A DNA stretch of 64,000 bases from Escherichia phage inny, in the sequence record MN850601.1. One strand, written 5' to 3'. This document shows, in pieces, positions 45,766 through 53,748 of the stretch. Position numbers and translations under genes: made by a program. The notes under the pieces are model-generated. The model ran no database searches, was not told the DNA's origin, and was given only the letters and a program-made list of their open reading frames with translations. Each line of letters begins with the position of its first letter. Position 1 is the first letter of the stretch.

Positions 45766-45871
45766 TTGACATATGCAAACAAGCCCCGTAATATGTACCA
45801 CATAAAGCGGGGCAACGCCCCATAAGGTGAAATAAAAAATCACTTGACACCTGAAATCAGTAAGCTATAAT
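45766..45871 (+). promoter_or_regulatory. tandem early promoters, first with stem-loop
   Basis: TTGACA-N17-TAATAT + hairpin GGGGC-AAC-GCCCC; then TTGACA-N16-TATAAT. Confidence 0.5.
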
Positions 45872-45908
45872 GCTTATATAGATTGAAACATTACTAAGGA
45901 ATAAAAGC

Positions 45909-46088
45909 ATGGCTATTATTGCAAATACTGAGATCGTAGGTTTAGATTCTATCATCCTGGCATATGAGGAAGCTATAGAAATGTATGTGGTTTCCTATGG
46001 TGATTATATCCGTGAATATAAATCTATTGATCTAGCTTTTGAATGTTATATTCGCCAGGTCAATAAAGCCTATGATGATTATCGTTAA
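45909..46088 (+). CDS. small hypothetical protein (59 aa)
   Basis: Below track cut-off; AAGGA upstream; MAIIANTEIVGLDSIILAYEEAIEMYV... Confidence 0.4.
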   Translation: MAIIANTEIVGLDSIILAYEEAIEMYVVSYGDYIREYKSIDLAFECYIRQVNKAYDDYR

Positions 46089-46107
46089 AAGTTTTAGTCT
46101 TGTGCTA

Positions 46108-46136
46108 TTGACAACGAACGATAGTACAAGCATAAT
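46108..46136 (+). promoter_or_regulatory. sigma70-like promoter (no stem-loop)
   Basis: TTGACA-N17-CATAAT. Confidence 0.4.
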
Positions 46137-46183
46137 AACTTTTATCGGGAATACTCCTAACTAATCAAAAGAGATTAAAGACT

Positions 46184-46549
46184 ATGGCTAAAAATATCAA
46201 TGTTTCTGCTTATGCTACCCTGGCTAACACTGCTAAAATTGAACTATCCAGCATTGAAGCGGTACATATTAGCGCCCGTCGCTGGTTTCAAAAGTCTTAT
46301 GGTAATACTTATTTCTCTTTGATGGTTGACGTTGAGATCGGCGGTAAACTGATTGAAGTCGTTAACGTTCCGTTTCAATATGGTTATGGTGATCATTTTG
46401 ATACCGTTGCCCTAGAAGAGTTTAGCAAGGTTATCAACCTGGAAGGTAAAGACTTTTCAAATTATGCTTACCTTTCCCGTTTTTGCCGTGACAATGGGAT
46501 CGCTGTATACAGTCATGCAAGCGATGTTAAACGTAAAAAAGATCTATAA
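46184..46549 (+). CDS. hypothetical protein
   Basis: 121 aa ORF. Confidence 0.55.
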   Translation: MAKNINVSAYATLANTAKIELSSIEAVHISARRWFQKSYGNTYFSLMVDVEIGGKLIEVVNVPFQYGYGDHFDTVALEEFSKVINLEGKDFSNYAYLSRFCRDNGIAVYSHASDVKRKKDL

Positions 46550-46555
46550 AAAGCA

Positions 46556-46612
46556 TTGACAACAGAAAGAAAAAGAGTAAACTGTATCACATCAGGACGG
46601 GGAACGGTTTCC
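46556..46612 (+). promoter_or_regulatory. early promoter + 5' stem-loop cassette
   Basis: TTGACA-N16-TAAACT, hairpin GGGGAA-CGGT-TTCCCC, then CTAACAAAGAGAG. Confidence 0.5.
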
Positions 46613-46638
46613 CCCTCCTAACAAAGAGAGAAATAAAA

Positions 46639-46821
46639 ATGGCTAAATGCACTATCTGTAAGAAAGAAATAGTATTAGTTCCAAGCGCCCGTGAACGTGC
46701 CGCTAAGTTCGGTGGCAAACCGTCAGACTATACGAAAATGTTTACTACCCATGCAGCTTGTCAGGTAGCAAAACGTTCACAAGAAAGCGTAGAATTAATG
46801 CGTAAACTTTCCAAAAAATAA
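46639..46821 (+). CDS. hypothetical protein
   Basis: 60 aa; follows cassette. Confidence 0.5.
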   Translation: MAKCTICKKEIVLVPSARERAAKFGGKPSDYTKMFTTHAACQVAKRSQESVELMRKLSKK

Positions 46822-46823
46822 TA

Positions 46824-46883
46824 TTGACAAAGTATTTTATTACTATATAATGGTTTACATCGAGAGCGGGAATAGTTCCCGCC
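46824..46883 (+). promoter_or_regulatory. early promoter + 5' stem-loop cassette
   Basis: TTGACA-N16-TATAAT, hairpin GCGGGAA-TAG-TTCCCGC. Confidence 0.55.
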
Positions 46884-46906
46884 TCACTGAAAAAGAGATT
46901 AACATC

Positions 46907-47146
46907 ATGGCTAAATCAAAAATGTTCTTAGGTCACAAAAATAAAACTCATTGGAATGTAAGCCTTTGGATCAACAACGATGAAGGTTTTTATAATCTTG
47001 CGCGTGAATTTATCGCAGCTAACACCAATAAGAATGACGCAGCGCGGGATATGATGTTATTCCTTGAAAGTATGGATCAAGATAAAACGCCAGACGGTTA
47101 CAAGTTCAGTAAAACTGCAATCCGTGCCGCTATGGTAGGAATGTAA
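46907..47146 (+). CDS. hypothetical protein
   Basis: Track ORF 46850..47146 trimmed to ATG after cassette (MAKSKMFLGH...). Confidence 0.5.
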   Translation: MAKSKMFLGHKNKTHWNVSLWINNDEGFYNLAREFIAANTNKNDAARDMMLFLESMDQDKTPDGYKFSKTAIRAAMVGM

Positions 47147-47155
47147 TAAAATAGC

Positions 47156-47216
47156 TTGACACTGTTTTTTATTCTGGTATAGTTTATCACATAGGGCGGG
47201 AAATGGTTTCCCGCCA
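47156..47216 (+). promoter_or_regulatory. early promoter + 5' stem-loop cassette
   Basis: TTGACA-N17-TATAGT, CATAGG + hairpin GGCGGGAAA-TGG-TTTCCCGCC, AAATCAAAGAAAGG. Confidence 0.55.
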
Positions 47217-47237
47217 AATCAAAGAAAGGTTATTATT

Positions 47238-47465
47238 ATGGCTATCGTTATTGTTCGCGTATCCGGTACGGTTGGAAGCTCCCAAGTAGTAGCAGTTATC
47301 ACCGAGAAGAAAGGGGATGATCTTCACTCTTCCTTGAATAGCTGGGCGGTCGCTAACTTCGGGCAATGGTCGAGCGTTGAGTACATCGAATCCTACCAGG
47401 TGCCAACGATTAGCCTAACAGATCTGAATGTTGATCGCTTGTTGTGCCTGGATGGATTAAACTAA
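47238..47465 (+). CDS. hypothetical protein
   Basis: 75 aa; follows cassette. Confidence 0.5.
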   Translation: MAIVIVRVSGTVGSSQVVAVITEKKGDDLHSSLNSWAVANFGQWSSVEYIESYQVPTISLTDLNVDRLLCLDGLN

Positions 47466-47473
47466 AAATAATC

Positions 47474-47530
47474 TTGACAAGATAACTAAAATCAGTAAAA
47501 TGTAATGCATAGGGCGGCAATAGTGCCGCT
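47474..47530 (+). promoter_or_regulatory. early promoter + 5' stem-loop cassette
   Basis: TTGACA-N16-TAAAAT, CATAGG + hairpin GCGGCA-ATAG-TGCCGC. Confidence 0.55.
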
Positions 47531-47552
47531 CATAGTAAGAGAGATTATCAAA

Positions 47553-47768
47553 ATGGCTAATATCCGCACACTGTTAAAAAATGCAAGTCAAGTTTTATTT
47601 TCAGATGACGAGTATTTCAACAAAGACATTACAGGCGTGAAAAATTTAAAAGACGTGAAGGATGTTATCGGTATCCGTGGATCTTTACGTAAAGGTGACA
47701 TATACGGTAACAAGGTGCAATATAAACTGTCAAAAGATTATGATTTTACTTTGACAATTATTTCATAA
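47553..47768 (+). CDS. hypothetical protein
   Basis: Track ORF 47505..47768 trimmed to ATG after cassette (MANIRTLL...). Confidence 0.5.
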   Translation: MANIRTLLKNASQVLFSDDEYFNKDITGVKNLKDVKDVIGIRGSLRKGDIYGNKVQYKLSKDYDFTLTIIS

Positions 47769-47774
47769 AACCGC

Positions 47775-47836
47775 TTGCAATACTGCAAAAATAAAGTAAA
47801 CTGTATTCATCAAGGCGGTGGAATAGCCCACCGCCT
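47775..47836 (+). promoter_or_regulatory. early promoter + 5' stem-loop cassette
   Basis: TTGCAA-N17-TAAACT, hairpin GGCGGTGG-AATAGC-CCACCGCC. Confidence 0.5.
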
Positions 47837-47859
47837 AACAAAGAGAAGAGGAAAACATC

Positions 47860-48030
47860 ATGATCACTTTCGCTACCCGTGAAGCCGCTCGCAACGTTGC
47901 ACGTAAAGTTAACGCCGCCAACCTGGGCGCTACGCTTAAAGCCCCGGTAAAAGATGAATCAGGTAAATGGATCTTCCCTGGTTTGCGTCACGCTGATAAG
48001 CTGGGAACGTTAACGTTAAAAAATAAATAA
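47860..48030 (+). CDS. small hypothetical protein (about 56 aa)
   Basis: Below track cut-off; MITFATREAARNVARKVNAANLGATLKAPVKDESGKW...; coordinates approximate. Confidence 0.4.
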   Translation: MITFATREAARNVARKVNAANLGATLKAPVKDESGKWIFPGLRHADKLGTLTLKNK

Positions 48031-48037
48031 TATCCGC

Positions 48038-48098
48038 TTGACAGTAGCATGATTTATAAGTAAAGTAACAACAACGGCGGGAAATGGTTTCCCGCCAT
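48038..48098 (+). promoter_or_regulatory. early promoter + 5' stem-loop cassette
   Basis: TTGACA-N17-TAAAGT, hairpin GGCGGGAAA-TGG-TTTCCCGCC. Confidence 0.55.
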
Positions 48099-48116
48099 CA
48101 ATAAAGAGATAAGATT

Positions 48117-48476
48117 ATGAAATCAGCAAAAGCAATTAAAACTTATATTGTGTCGGCTATTTCTTTTGAAGGTACTACAACCGAAAAAGAAAAGATCACC
48201 GAACTGATGCGCCGTTTTAACTCTGAATACTGGTATCCCGATAATCAAAAACGTTACAATTATAACGTGATCAAGGCGATAGCCTCATGGTTACAAGGTT
48301 TACCGTCAGAAATCAATATTGCTTTTGATTATAACGAGATCGATCACTTATTAATTGAATGGAAGTACATAAAAGAAACAAGCAAAGAAACAACCGTTAC
48401 CCGTGAGCGGGAAAATTATTGGTTATATATTGCAAGCATGATCGTAATCCTGGCAAAACAGCATAACGTGGCGTAA
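48117..48476 (+). CDS. hypothetical protein
   Basis: 119 aa; follows cassette. Confidence 0.55.
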   Translation: MKSAKAIKTYIVSAISFEGTTTEKEKITELMRRFNSEYWYPDNQKRYNYNVIKAIASWLQGLPSEINIAFDYNEIDHLLIEWKYIKETSKETTVTRERENYWLYIASMIVILAKQHNVA

Positions 48477-48490
48477 TTAAGAGGAAAAAC

Positions 48491-48628
48491 ATGAACGCAT
48501 CACAGCAGATCGAAAAATTCAACCGCAGCAAGGCGCGTAAAGATTGGAACGAAGAGATCACCAAAAAAGGCGACAAGCGGAACAAAACAAAGAGAGATCG
48601 CAGCACAAAAAGATACTGGAACGAATAA
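48491..48628 (+). CDS. small basic protein (about 45 aa)
   Basis: Below track cut-off; AAGAGGAAAAAC upstream; MNASQQIEKFNRSKARKDWNEEITKKGDKRNKTKRDR... Confidence 0.35.
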   Translation: MNASQQIEKFNRSKARKDWNEEITKKGDKRNKTKRDRSTKRYWNE

Positions 48629-48633
48629 CAAAA

Positions 48634-48656
48634 AAGGGCGCTTATTGCGCCCTTTT
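48634..48656 (+). terminator. rho-independent terminator
   Basis: AAGGGCGC-TTAT-TGCGCCCTTTT. Confidence 0.6.
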
Positions 48657-48746
48657 AGCTTATATAGAGGCTTGTTACCCATAGGCAATGGTAACGCCAG
48701 GATAAGCCTATAAACCACGTTAGACAGCTTTACAGGAGCTTTAAAA

Positions 48747-48929
48747 ATGAAATTAGAAGAAATAAGCAAGGCACTAGCCCAGGGGCAAAGGTTAAACGCC
48801 CGTTATCGTGATCAATATGGCTTCATAACCAGCGGCGTGATCCTGGGGATTGAAGGCAATAAGATTTTTATTGACACGTTGAAAAACGTTGTATATAGTG
48901 ACAATATAATCTCAATAAAACATATATGA
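48747..48929 (+). CDS. hypothetical protein
   Basis: 60 aa; AGGAG SD. Confidence 0.45.
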   Translation: MKLEEISKALAQGQRLNARYRDQYGFITSGVILGIEGNKIFIDTLKNVVYSDNIISIKHI

Positions 48930-48937
48930 GGCAAGAA

Positions 48938-49339
48938 ATGAAAAAATTATTGATCGCTGGTTTAATCTCTTTTGGCATGGTTGGAACATCTAGCGCGGCG
49001 ATATCCTCCACAGTAGCAGAATTAAGCGCCGTTGATGCAATGGAAAACGTGATGCTTATTAATAATGCGATCCCCGATGAAATCATGGAGGATTCACACA
49101 TGATCGCTTATGGTGCTGTTACACAACTAACGGCAAAAATAGATAAATCTATTGTTAATGGCTTAAATGAAGATGTACCATGTGAAATTATTACCAGTGT
49201 GCTCACTACTCAAAATTTTACGCCGTGGTTAAAAAGTATTCAAAAAGTACACAGTACAGCCGCAGATCGTAGCAATGAAAAACTAGTGTCAGCACTTGCA
49301 ACGTATACCCTGGCAAAATGCACCGAGATAAAAGATTGA
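48938..49339 (+). CDS. secreted hypothetical protein
   Basis: Track ORF trimmed to ATG (MKKLLIAGLISFGMVGTSSAA...), signal-peptide-like. Confidence 0.55.
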   Translation: MKKLLIAGLISFGMVGTSSAAISSTVAELSAVDAMENVMLINNAIPDEIMEDSHMIAYGAVTQLTAKIDKSIVNGLNEDVPCEIITSVLTTQNFTPWLKSIQKVHSTAADRSNEKLVSALATYTLAKCTEIKD

Positions 49340-49364
49340 CAACATAGAAAGCACGTTATAAGAT
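49336..49364 (+). promoter_or_regulatory. sigma70-like promoter (no stem-loop)
   Basis: TTGACA-N17-TAAGAT. Confidence 0.4.
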
Positions 49365-49386
49365 ACACACAACAAAGGAGAACTAC

Positions 49387-49689
49387 ATGAACGGCATAGC
49401 TAAAACGTTTTTTCTTTTTTCTGGTGTAAATGATCCATCAATAAAAGTCGATAGTGTAAAAGAAAACAATACTATCACCGCTAAATTGTTTCAAGATGAA
49501 ACAAATAACGTGCTAATCATTAATCTTAAAGAAATAACGAAAGGTTATTGTACTATTGCTTACCATGCAATCTATCATGCTGGTACTAGTGAGGAAGTGC
49601 AAACAAGCAACAACGAAAGCGCGGCGCTACCTGGTGATCTGGTGCTGGGCGTTATCAGTTTAATTGTCAATGATTTTTTTAAGGAGTAA
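49387..49689 (+). CDS. hypothetical protein
   Basis: 100 aa; AAAGGAG SD. Confidence 0.55.
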   Translation: MNGIAKTFFLFSGVNDPSIKVDSVKENNTITAKLFQDETNNVLIINLKEITKGYCTIAYHAIYHAGTSEEVQTSNNESAALPGDLVLGVISLIVNDFFKE

Positions 49690-49693
49690 AACC

Positions 49694-49789
49694 ATGCCCT
49701 ATTTACATTTATTTTTCGGGATCTTATTGTCAGGATCTTTTTTCTTCTGTATACTTGTTTCTATTGTAAACCACGTTTTAAGACATTAA
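49694..49789 (+). CDS. tiny hydrophobic peptide (31 aa), speculative
   Basis: AAGGAG SD; MPYLHLFFGILLSGSFFFCILVSIVNHVLRH. Confidence 0.25.
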   Translation: MPYLHLFFGILLSGSFFFCILVSIVNHVLRH

Positions 49790-49798
49790 GGAAACAAC

Positions 49799-49918
49799 AT
49801 GAAAATTATTCCCGTACAGTATAGCGTAATAAATCCAGCATATGAGGAAGGAAGGAAAACAAGCATGGTTTTATGTTATATTGCTACTATAGCCATGTTG
49901 TTATATATTGTGTTTTAA
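49799..49918 (+). CDS. tiny membrane peptide (39 aa), speculative
   Basis: MKIIPVQYSVINPAYEEGRKTSMVLCYIATIAMLLYIVF. Confidence 0.25.
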   Translation: MKIIPVQYSVINPAYEEGRKTSMVLCYIATIAMLLYIVF

Positions 49919-49947
49919 TAGGTTTTATAGTTGTACGCTTTAAAGGC

Positions 49948-49975
49948 TTGACAATTTTTTGTTATGCTTTAAAAT
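49948..49975 (+). promoter_or_regulatory. sigma70-like promoter (no stem-loop)
   Basis: TTGACA-N16-TAAAAT. Confidence 0.4.
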
Positions 49976-50018
49976 ATATCTTGAAAACGGCAAAGGCCGC
50001 AAACAAAAGGGTAAAATT

Positions 50019-50342
50019 ATGAAATCTGTGATAGGTGTTTATTTGGATAACTCTGATTTTTTCTATCATCGCGCGCGTTTACTTGATGCTATTGAAATGA
50101 TAGAATCAGGCTTTAAAGAGTATCGCCTTGCACATGATGACCTGGAAGCATTACAGGGCAATAGTGTTTTTACATTGCAAGCGAAAGCACTATGCAAAAG
50201 CCGGATCGAGATTGCGAGCAAAAAGATAGAACGCGGCATGTCCTGGTTGCGCACCGCAGAAATCAACATGGGGCAATGGTACGGCGAAAACTTAGAAAAT
50301 AAACATACTTTTGTCAATGTAGAAAATATTGAAGATTATTGA
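50019..50342 (+). CDS. hypothetical protein
   Basis: Track ORF 49959..50342 trimmed to ATG (MKSVIGVY...). Confidence 0.5.
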   Translation: MKSVIGVYLDNSDFFYHRARLLDAIEMIESGFKEYRLAHDDLEALQGNSVFTLQAKALCKSRIEIASKKIERGMSWLRTAEINMGQWYGENLENKHTFVNVENIEDY

Positions 50343-50343
50343 T

Positions 50344-50406
50344 TGACAGCACACCGAACGGGTAGTATATTGTATCTCATAGAGCGGGGAAATGGTTTCC
50401 CCGCCT
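50344..50406 (+). promoter_or_regulatory. early promoter + 5' stem-loop cassette
   Basis: TTGACA-N17-TATATT, CATAGAG + hairpin GCGGGGAAA-TGG-TTTCCCCGC. Confidence 0.55.
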
Positions 50407-50424
50407 TAAAAGAAGAGATAAGCT

Positions 50425-50709
50425 ATGAAGATCACAAAAGCACTTTCCAACTATGCAGCACGTCGCGGCTTATGTTTAACCGTTGAAAACTTAGGGAAAG
50501 AAGATTTTTTGTGCTTTTGGGAGCTTGAGAATGATAATGAGTGGATCTTCTCTTATTCTATCTGCGAAGATCAAAACGGTTGTTTATTAACCTGGCGCGG
50601 TAATATCTATCTACCGGAAGAAATCAAAGAAGAATTACCAGGCACGATCATGACTGAGAAACAGCTTAAGGAAGTGATTAATTTTGTAGGGCAAAACATT
50701 AAAAAATAA
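50425..50709 (+). CDS. hypothetical protein
   Basis: 94 aa; follows cassette. Confidence 0.55.
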   Translation: MKITKALSNYAARRGLCLTVENLGKEDFLCFWELENDNEWIFSYSICEDQNGCLLTWRGNIYLPEEIKEELPGTIMTEKQLKEVINFVGQNIKK

Positions 50710-50710
50710 T

Positions 50711-50771
50711 TTGACACTAGGCAAACAACGTAGTAAAGTTTATCACATAGGGCGGCAATAGTGCCGCTCAT
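50711..50771 (+). promoter_or_regulatory. early promoter + 5' stem-loop cassette
   Basis: TTGACA-N17-TAAAGT, CATAGG + hairpin GCGGCA-ATAG-TGCCGC (near-identical to 43915 and 47474 copies). Confidence 0.55.
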
Positions 50772-50790
50772 AACAGAAGAGAAACAAATC

Positions 50791-50961
50791 ATGATCCCGA
50801 CTATGTTTTATGTATCGCGCAAAGGTCACAATATTTTTTGGTCTGAAGATTTAAATGAAGCCATGACGTTTGCCCGTGATCGTGTAGCTATCGGTGGCGT
50901 TAACATCACCGTAACCGATGAAAACGGCATTGAATACTATAACGGCGACGATGAAGAGTAA
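50791..50961 (+). CDS. hypothetical protein
   Basis: Track ORF 50761..50961 trimmed to ATG after cassette (MIPTMFYVSRKGHN...). Confidence 0.45.
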   Translation: MIPTMFYVSRKGHNIFWSEDLNEAMTFARDRVAIGGVNITVTDENGIEYYNGDDEE

Positions 50962-50965
50962 TTAA

Positions 50966-50992
50966 TGAGGCGGGGGAGTATTCCCCGCCGTC
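50966..50992 (+). promoter_or_regulatory. 5' stem-loop without obvious own promoter
   Basis: GGCGGGG-N-CCCCGCC hairpin then GTCAATAAAGAGG before ATG of 51009. Confidence 0.4.
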
Positions 50993-51008
50993 AATAAAGA
51001 GGTAAATC

Positions 51009-51278
51009 ATGAAAATATCTTTGGACGTTGCAATCAAGGCCATCGAATCCGGTTACACCCTGGTAAAAGATGATAAGGCTAAAACCGTGCACCACGTTAA
51101 CAAGGAAACAGGCGAAAGCATGATCACATATAAAGCCGCCTACTTTCTCCAATCAGTAGCAGATCCGCGCGTACAACGCCAGGTTACGGCGGCTATTGCT
51201 AAAAAATTATGTGCTTTACAGGGTACAAGTTTTAACGAGATCGCCCCGTGTTTTGACTGGTCGAGCTTGAAAAAATAG
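51009..51278 (+). CDS. hypothetical protein
   Basis: 89 aa ORF. Confidence 0.55.
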   Translation: MKISLDVAIKAIESGYTLVKDDKAKTVHHVNKETGESMITYKAAYFLQSVADPRVQRQVTAAIAKKLCALQGTSFNEIAPCFDWSSLKK

Positions 51279-51280
51279 TT

Positions 51281-51340
51281 TGACAATACGCGGTTATCTG
51301 GTAAAGTGTACGACATAGGGCGGGGCAATAAGGCAACGCC
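51281..51340 (+). promoter_or_regulatory. early promoter + 5' stem-loop cassette
   Basis: TTGACA-N16-TAAAGT, CATAGG + GC-rich hairpin (GGGCGGGGCAATAAGGCAACGCCC). Confidence 0.5.
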
Positions 51341-51360
51341 CATTAATGAGGGTAGAATCA

Positions 51361-51465
51361 TGTTAGAGAAAATTTTCACGGTTGTAGTAGTGGGCCTGGC
51401 GTTATCGGTTGGAGTGGTTGCAACTATGGCTAACATGATCCTATCTTCCCACGGTATTGGATAAG
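51361..51465 (+). CDS. tiny membrane peptide (about 34 aa), speculative
   Basis: MLEKIFTVVVVGLALSVGVVATMANMILSSHGIG; coordinates approximate. Confidence 0.3.
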
Positions 51466-51474
51466 GTGAATCAA

Positions 51475-51690
51475 ATGATCACGAATAAGACAGGTAAAAC
51501 GGAATTCTTGCGCGGCTTGCAAATAGGTAAACCTGAGATCTGGCATTGCACTAAATCCGCGCATAATGAAATGAAAGATTTTACCGCTACTTTACAACGT
51601 GTTAAAATATCTATCACGCAGAAAAAAGCCTTGTTAGTAGTAGAAAACGAGATACCGCAAACCATTATTATTGTCGAGCGTACAGCATGA
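51475..51690 (+). CDS. hypothetical protein
   Basis: Track ORF 51457..51690 trimmed to first ATG (MITNKTGK...). Confidence 0.45.
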   Translation: MITNKTGKTEFLRGLQIGKPEIWHCTKSAHNEMKDFTATLQRVKISITQKKALLVVENEIPQTIIIVERTA

Positions 51691-52073
51691 AAACTGAAAT
51701 CATTATTGAAATCATCAACGGTTATAAAGAAGCCTTTATTTTTGCTGAATCAGCCAGGGATCATGAAGGTAATTTTATAGATGACATGACTGATCATGAG
51801 TTTTCAGATCAAGCCCATCAGCGGATCATACATGACGTGGCGGCGTTTTGTGATGCCAATGATGCCGCTATCTCTGAGGCAATGAGCGACGGCGCTACAG
51901 CAAACCAGATCGGGAATGACTTACATTTCACCCGTAACGGTCACGGTGTAGGCTTTTGGGATCGCCCTGAAATATACACTACTAACACCGCCAACCGCCT
52001 AACAAATGCAGCTAAATTAATGCCATCGGTGCATGCTTACATTGGTGAAGATAATTTGATTTATATTGAATAA
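51687..52073 (+). CDS. hypothetical protein
   Basis: 128 aa; start overlaps previous stop. Confidence 0.55.
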   Translation: MKTEIIIEIINGYKEAFIFAESARDHEGNFIDDMTDHEFSDQAHQRIIHDVAAFCDANDAAISEAMSDGATANQIGNDLHFTRNGHGVGFWDRPEIYTTNTANRLTNAAKLMPSVHAYIGEDNLIYIE

Positions 52074-52079
52074 AAAGTA

Positions 52080-52137
52080 TTGACACCGATCCCCAATATG
52101 GTACTATTTACCACGTAGGCGGGAAGTGGTTTCCCGC
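52080..52137 (+). promoter_or_regulatory. early promoter + 5' stem-loop cassette
   Basis: TTGACA-N16-TACTAT, hairpin GGCGGGAAG-TGG-TTTCCCGCC. Confidence 0.5.
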
Positions 52138-52161
52138 CAGGTAATCAAAAAGGTAAATACT

Positions 52162-52551
52162 ATGCGCAACCTGGTTTCTGTTTCTAACGTTGAAAAATTT
52201 CAATCTTTACAGGGTATCGTTAACAACGTAGCGCCTTTTTTAGTCAACGGCTTGATTGCAAAGATGAAAAATAAACATCATGCGGCATGGTCTGCTTACT
52301 GCTTTGATAATGATGAAAAAGCGGCTGAAATGATGTTAAATATGCTGTTAGACAGTGTAGAATCATCTTTACCGGAAAACATCGCAGAAGAGATCACCTA
52401 TCGTTATAATATGGCGATCACTTACCAGGAGGTTGCGCAATTCAACATGATGGATGATGACGAACAACAGGATCAGGAAATGTTTTGGGAGTATGCAGAT
52501 CGTCAATCGGCTTTTGATGAAAAATTAGCGATGTATTATAACGAATATTAA
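52162..52551 (+). CDS. hypothetical acidic protein
   Basis: Track ORF 52126..52551 trimmed to ATG (MRNLVSVS...); acidic MMDDDEQQDQEMFWEY. Confidence 0.55.
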   Translation: MRNLVSVSNVEKFQSLQGIVNNVAPFLVNGLIAKMKNKHHAAWSAYCFDNDEKAAEMMLNMLLDSVESSLPENIAEEITYRYNMAITYQEVAQFNMMDDDEQQDQEMFWEYADRQSAFDEKLAMYYNEY

Positions 52552-52566
52552 TACACGGTAAAAGAA

Positions 52567-52592
52567 AGGGGCGCACTAAGCGCCCTTTTTTG
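52567..52592 (+). terminator. rho-independent terminator
   Basis: GGGGCGC-ACTAA-GCGCCCTTTTTTG. Confidence 0.6.
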
Positions 52593-52936
52593 TATTCTTT
52601 TTTCACGATGGAAGTAACACGTAAAGAATAGGCGTAAAGGTGGCGTAAAACAGCCTAAAACCGATTATAACCGCTTAAACAAGGTAATAATGATTAATCA
52701 CCTTGCCAGGATGAAAAAGCTGTTATAAAGCTATTTAGAGCGTTTAAAGCACATAGGAAATAATTTGCTTTTTATCTTGCCTTTTATCCTGCTTTTGATT
52801 ATTATTATGGAACGGGCGGCACCTGGGAGCAGGGGAAGATAATCACCGGACGATCTTATTATATATTGATAGCTTCCACCTATCAAATAACAAAACATCA
52901 AAGAAATAAACTATCAAATCTTTACAATTCTACCTA

Positions 52937-52996
52937 TTGACACCGGATCGCCCTTATACTAAGATGTATCACGTAAGGCGGGAAGTGGTTTCCCGC
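52937..52996 (+). promoter_or_regulatory. early promoter + 5' stem-loop cassette
   Basis: TTGACA-N17-TAAGAT, hairpin GGCGGGAAG-TGG-TTTCCCGC. Confidence 0.55.
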
Positions 52997-53015
52997 TCAA
53001 TATAGGAATCATATC

Positions 53016-53246
53016 ATGATCGAACAAATTAAACGCGCTGAAGCTATTAACGGCAATGTGATCTATTCTGTCAGCAATAACGAAAAAGGCGTACCCTATG
53101 CAGCGGTGATAGTACAGCCTGACGGTGATTATTGGTTTACTGTATACGGATCTTATTCTTTTGGGCGTCCAGTACATGATAAAATTTTGAAAGTAGCTAA
53201 TCCCACTGGGAAGAATATCACAGTAGAAAAATTTTTTGAAAAATAA
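53016..53246 (+). CDS. hypothetical protein
   Basis: 76 aa; follows cassette. Confidence 0.5.
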   Translation: MIEQIKRAEAINGNVIYSVSNNEKGVPYAAVIVQPDGDYWFTVYGSYSFGRPVHDKILKVANPTGKNITVEKFFEK

Positions 53247-53321
53247 CTTGCTTTATAGCCTCTGTTAACTTATAGTTATCGTGTAGGGCAAATCATTTTA
53301 AACGGTAAACGAGGAATCACC

Positions 53322-53705
53322 ATGAGCAATATCATCAACCTGGCGGCTACTGTAAACGGTAAAGATTTTAACGGCGCTGTAGATCGTGATCCTATGTGGT
53401 GCTTATCAGTGTTTAAAGGTGACTTGGTTGAAGTTAGAACAACCGAAGGGTATAGCGATGATTATAAATGCGAGATCCATTTACATAACTGGTACACGGG
53501 TAAAACTTATGCGCTGAATCACGCGTTTATCGGGAAAATTGAATATCGCGAGATGATCGACGAAGAAACGGGGCAAGATTTTAGCCAGCATGTTTATATT
53601 CGTTCCGAAACATTAGCCGAACGTTTGATCGAGAAAATGAAAGCAAAAAATAAAATTAATTTATCTCATTGGATTGATATAACAAACGATCCGGCTTATA
53701 AGTAA
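53322..53705 (+). CDS. hypothetical protein
   Basis: 127 aa; GAGGAA SD. Confidence 0.55.
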   Translation: MSNIINLAATVNGKDFNGAVDRDPMWCLSVFKGDLVEVRTTEGYSDDYKCEIHLHNWYTGKTYALNHAFIGKIEYREMIDEETGQDFSQHVYIRSETLAERLIEKMKAKNKINLSHWIDITNDPAYK

Positions 53706-53719
53706 ATAACATTTCACAC

Positions 53720-53748
53720 CAGGGCGCACAAAGCGCCCTTTCTTTTTA
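53720..53748 (+). terminator. rho-independent terminator
   Basis: GGGCGC-ACAAA-GCGCCCTTTCTTTTT. Confidence 0.55.

Noticed and set aside
52959-53177. Minus-strand 72-aa ORF
   Set aside because: Antisense to a rightward cassette and the 53016..53246 gene.
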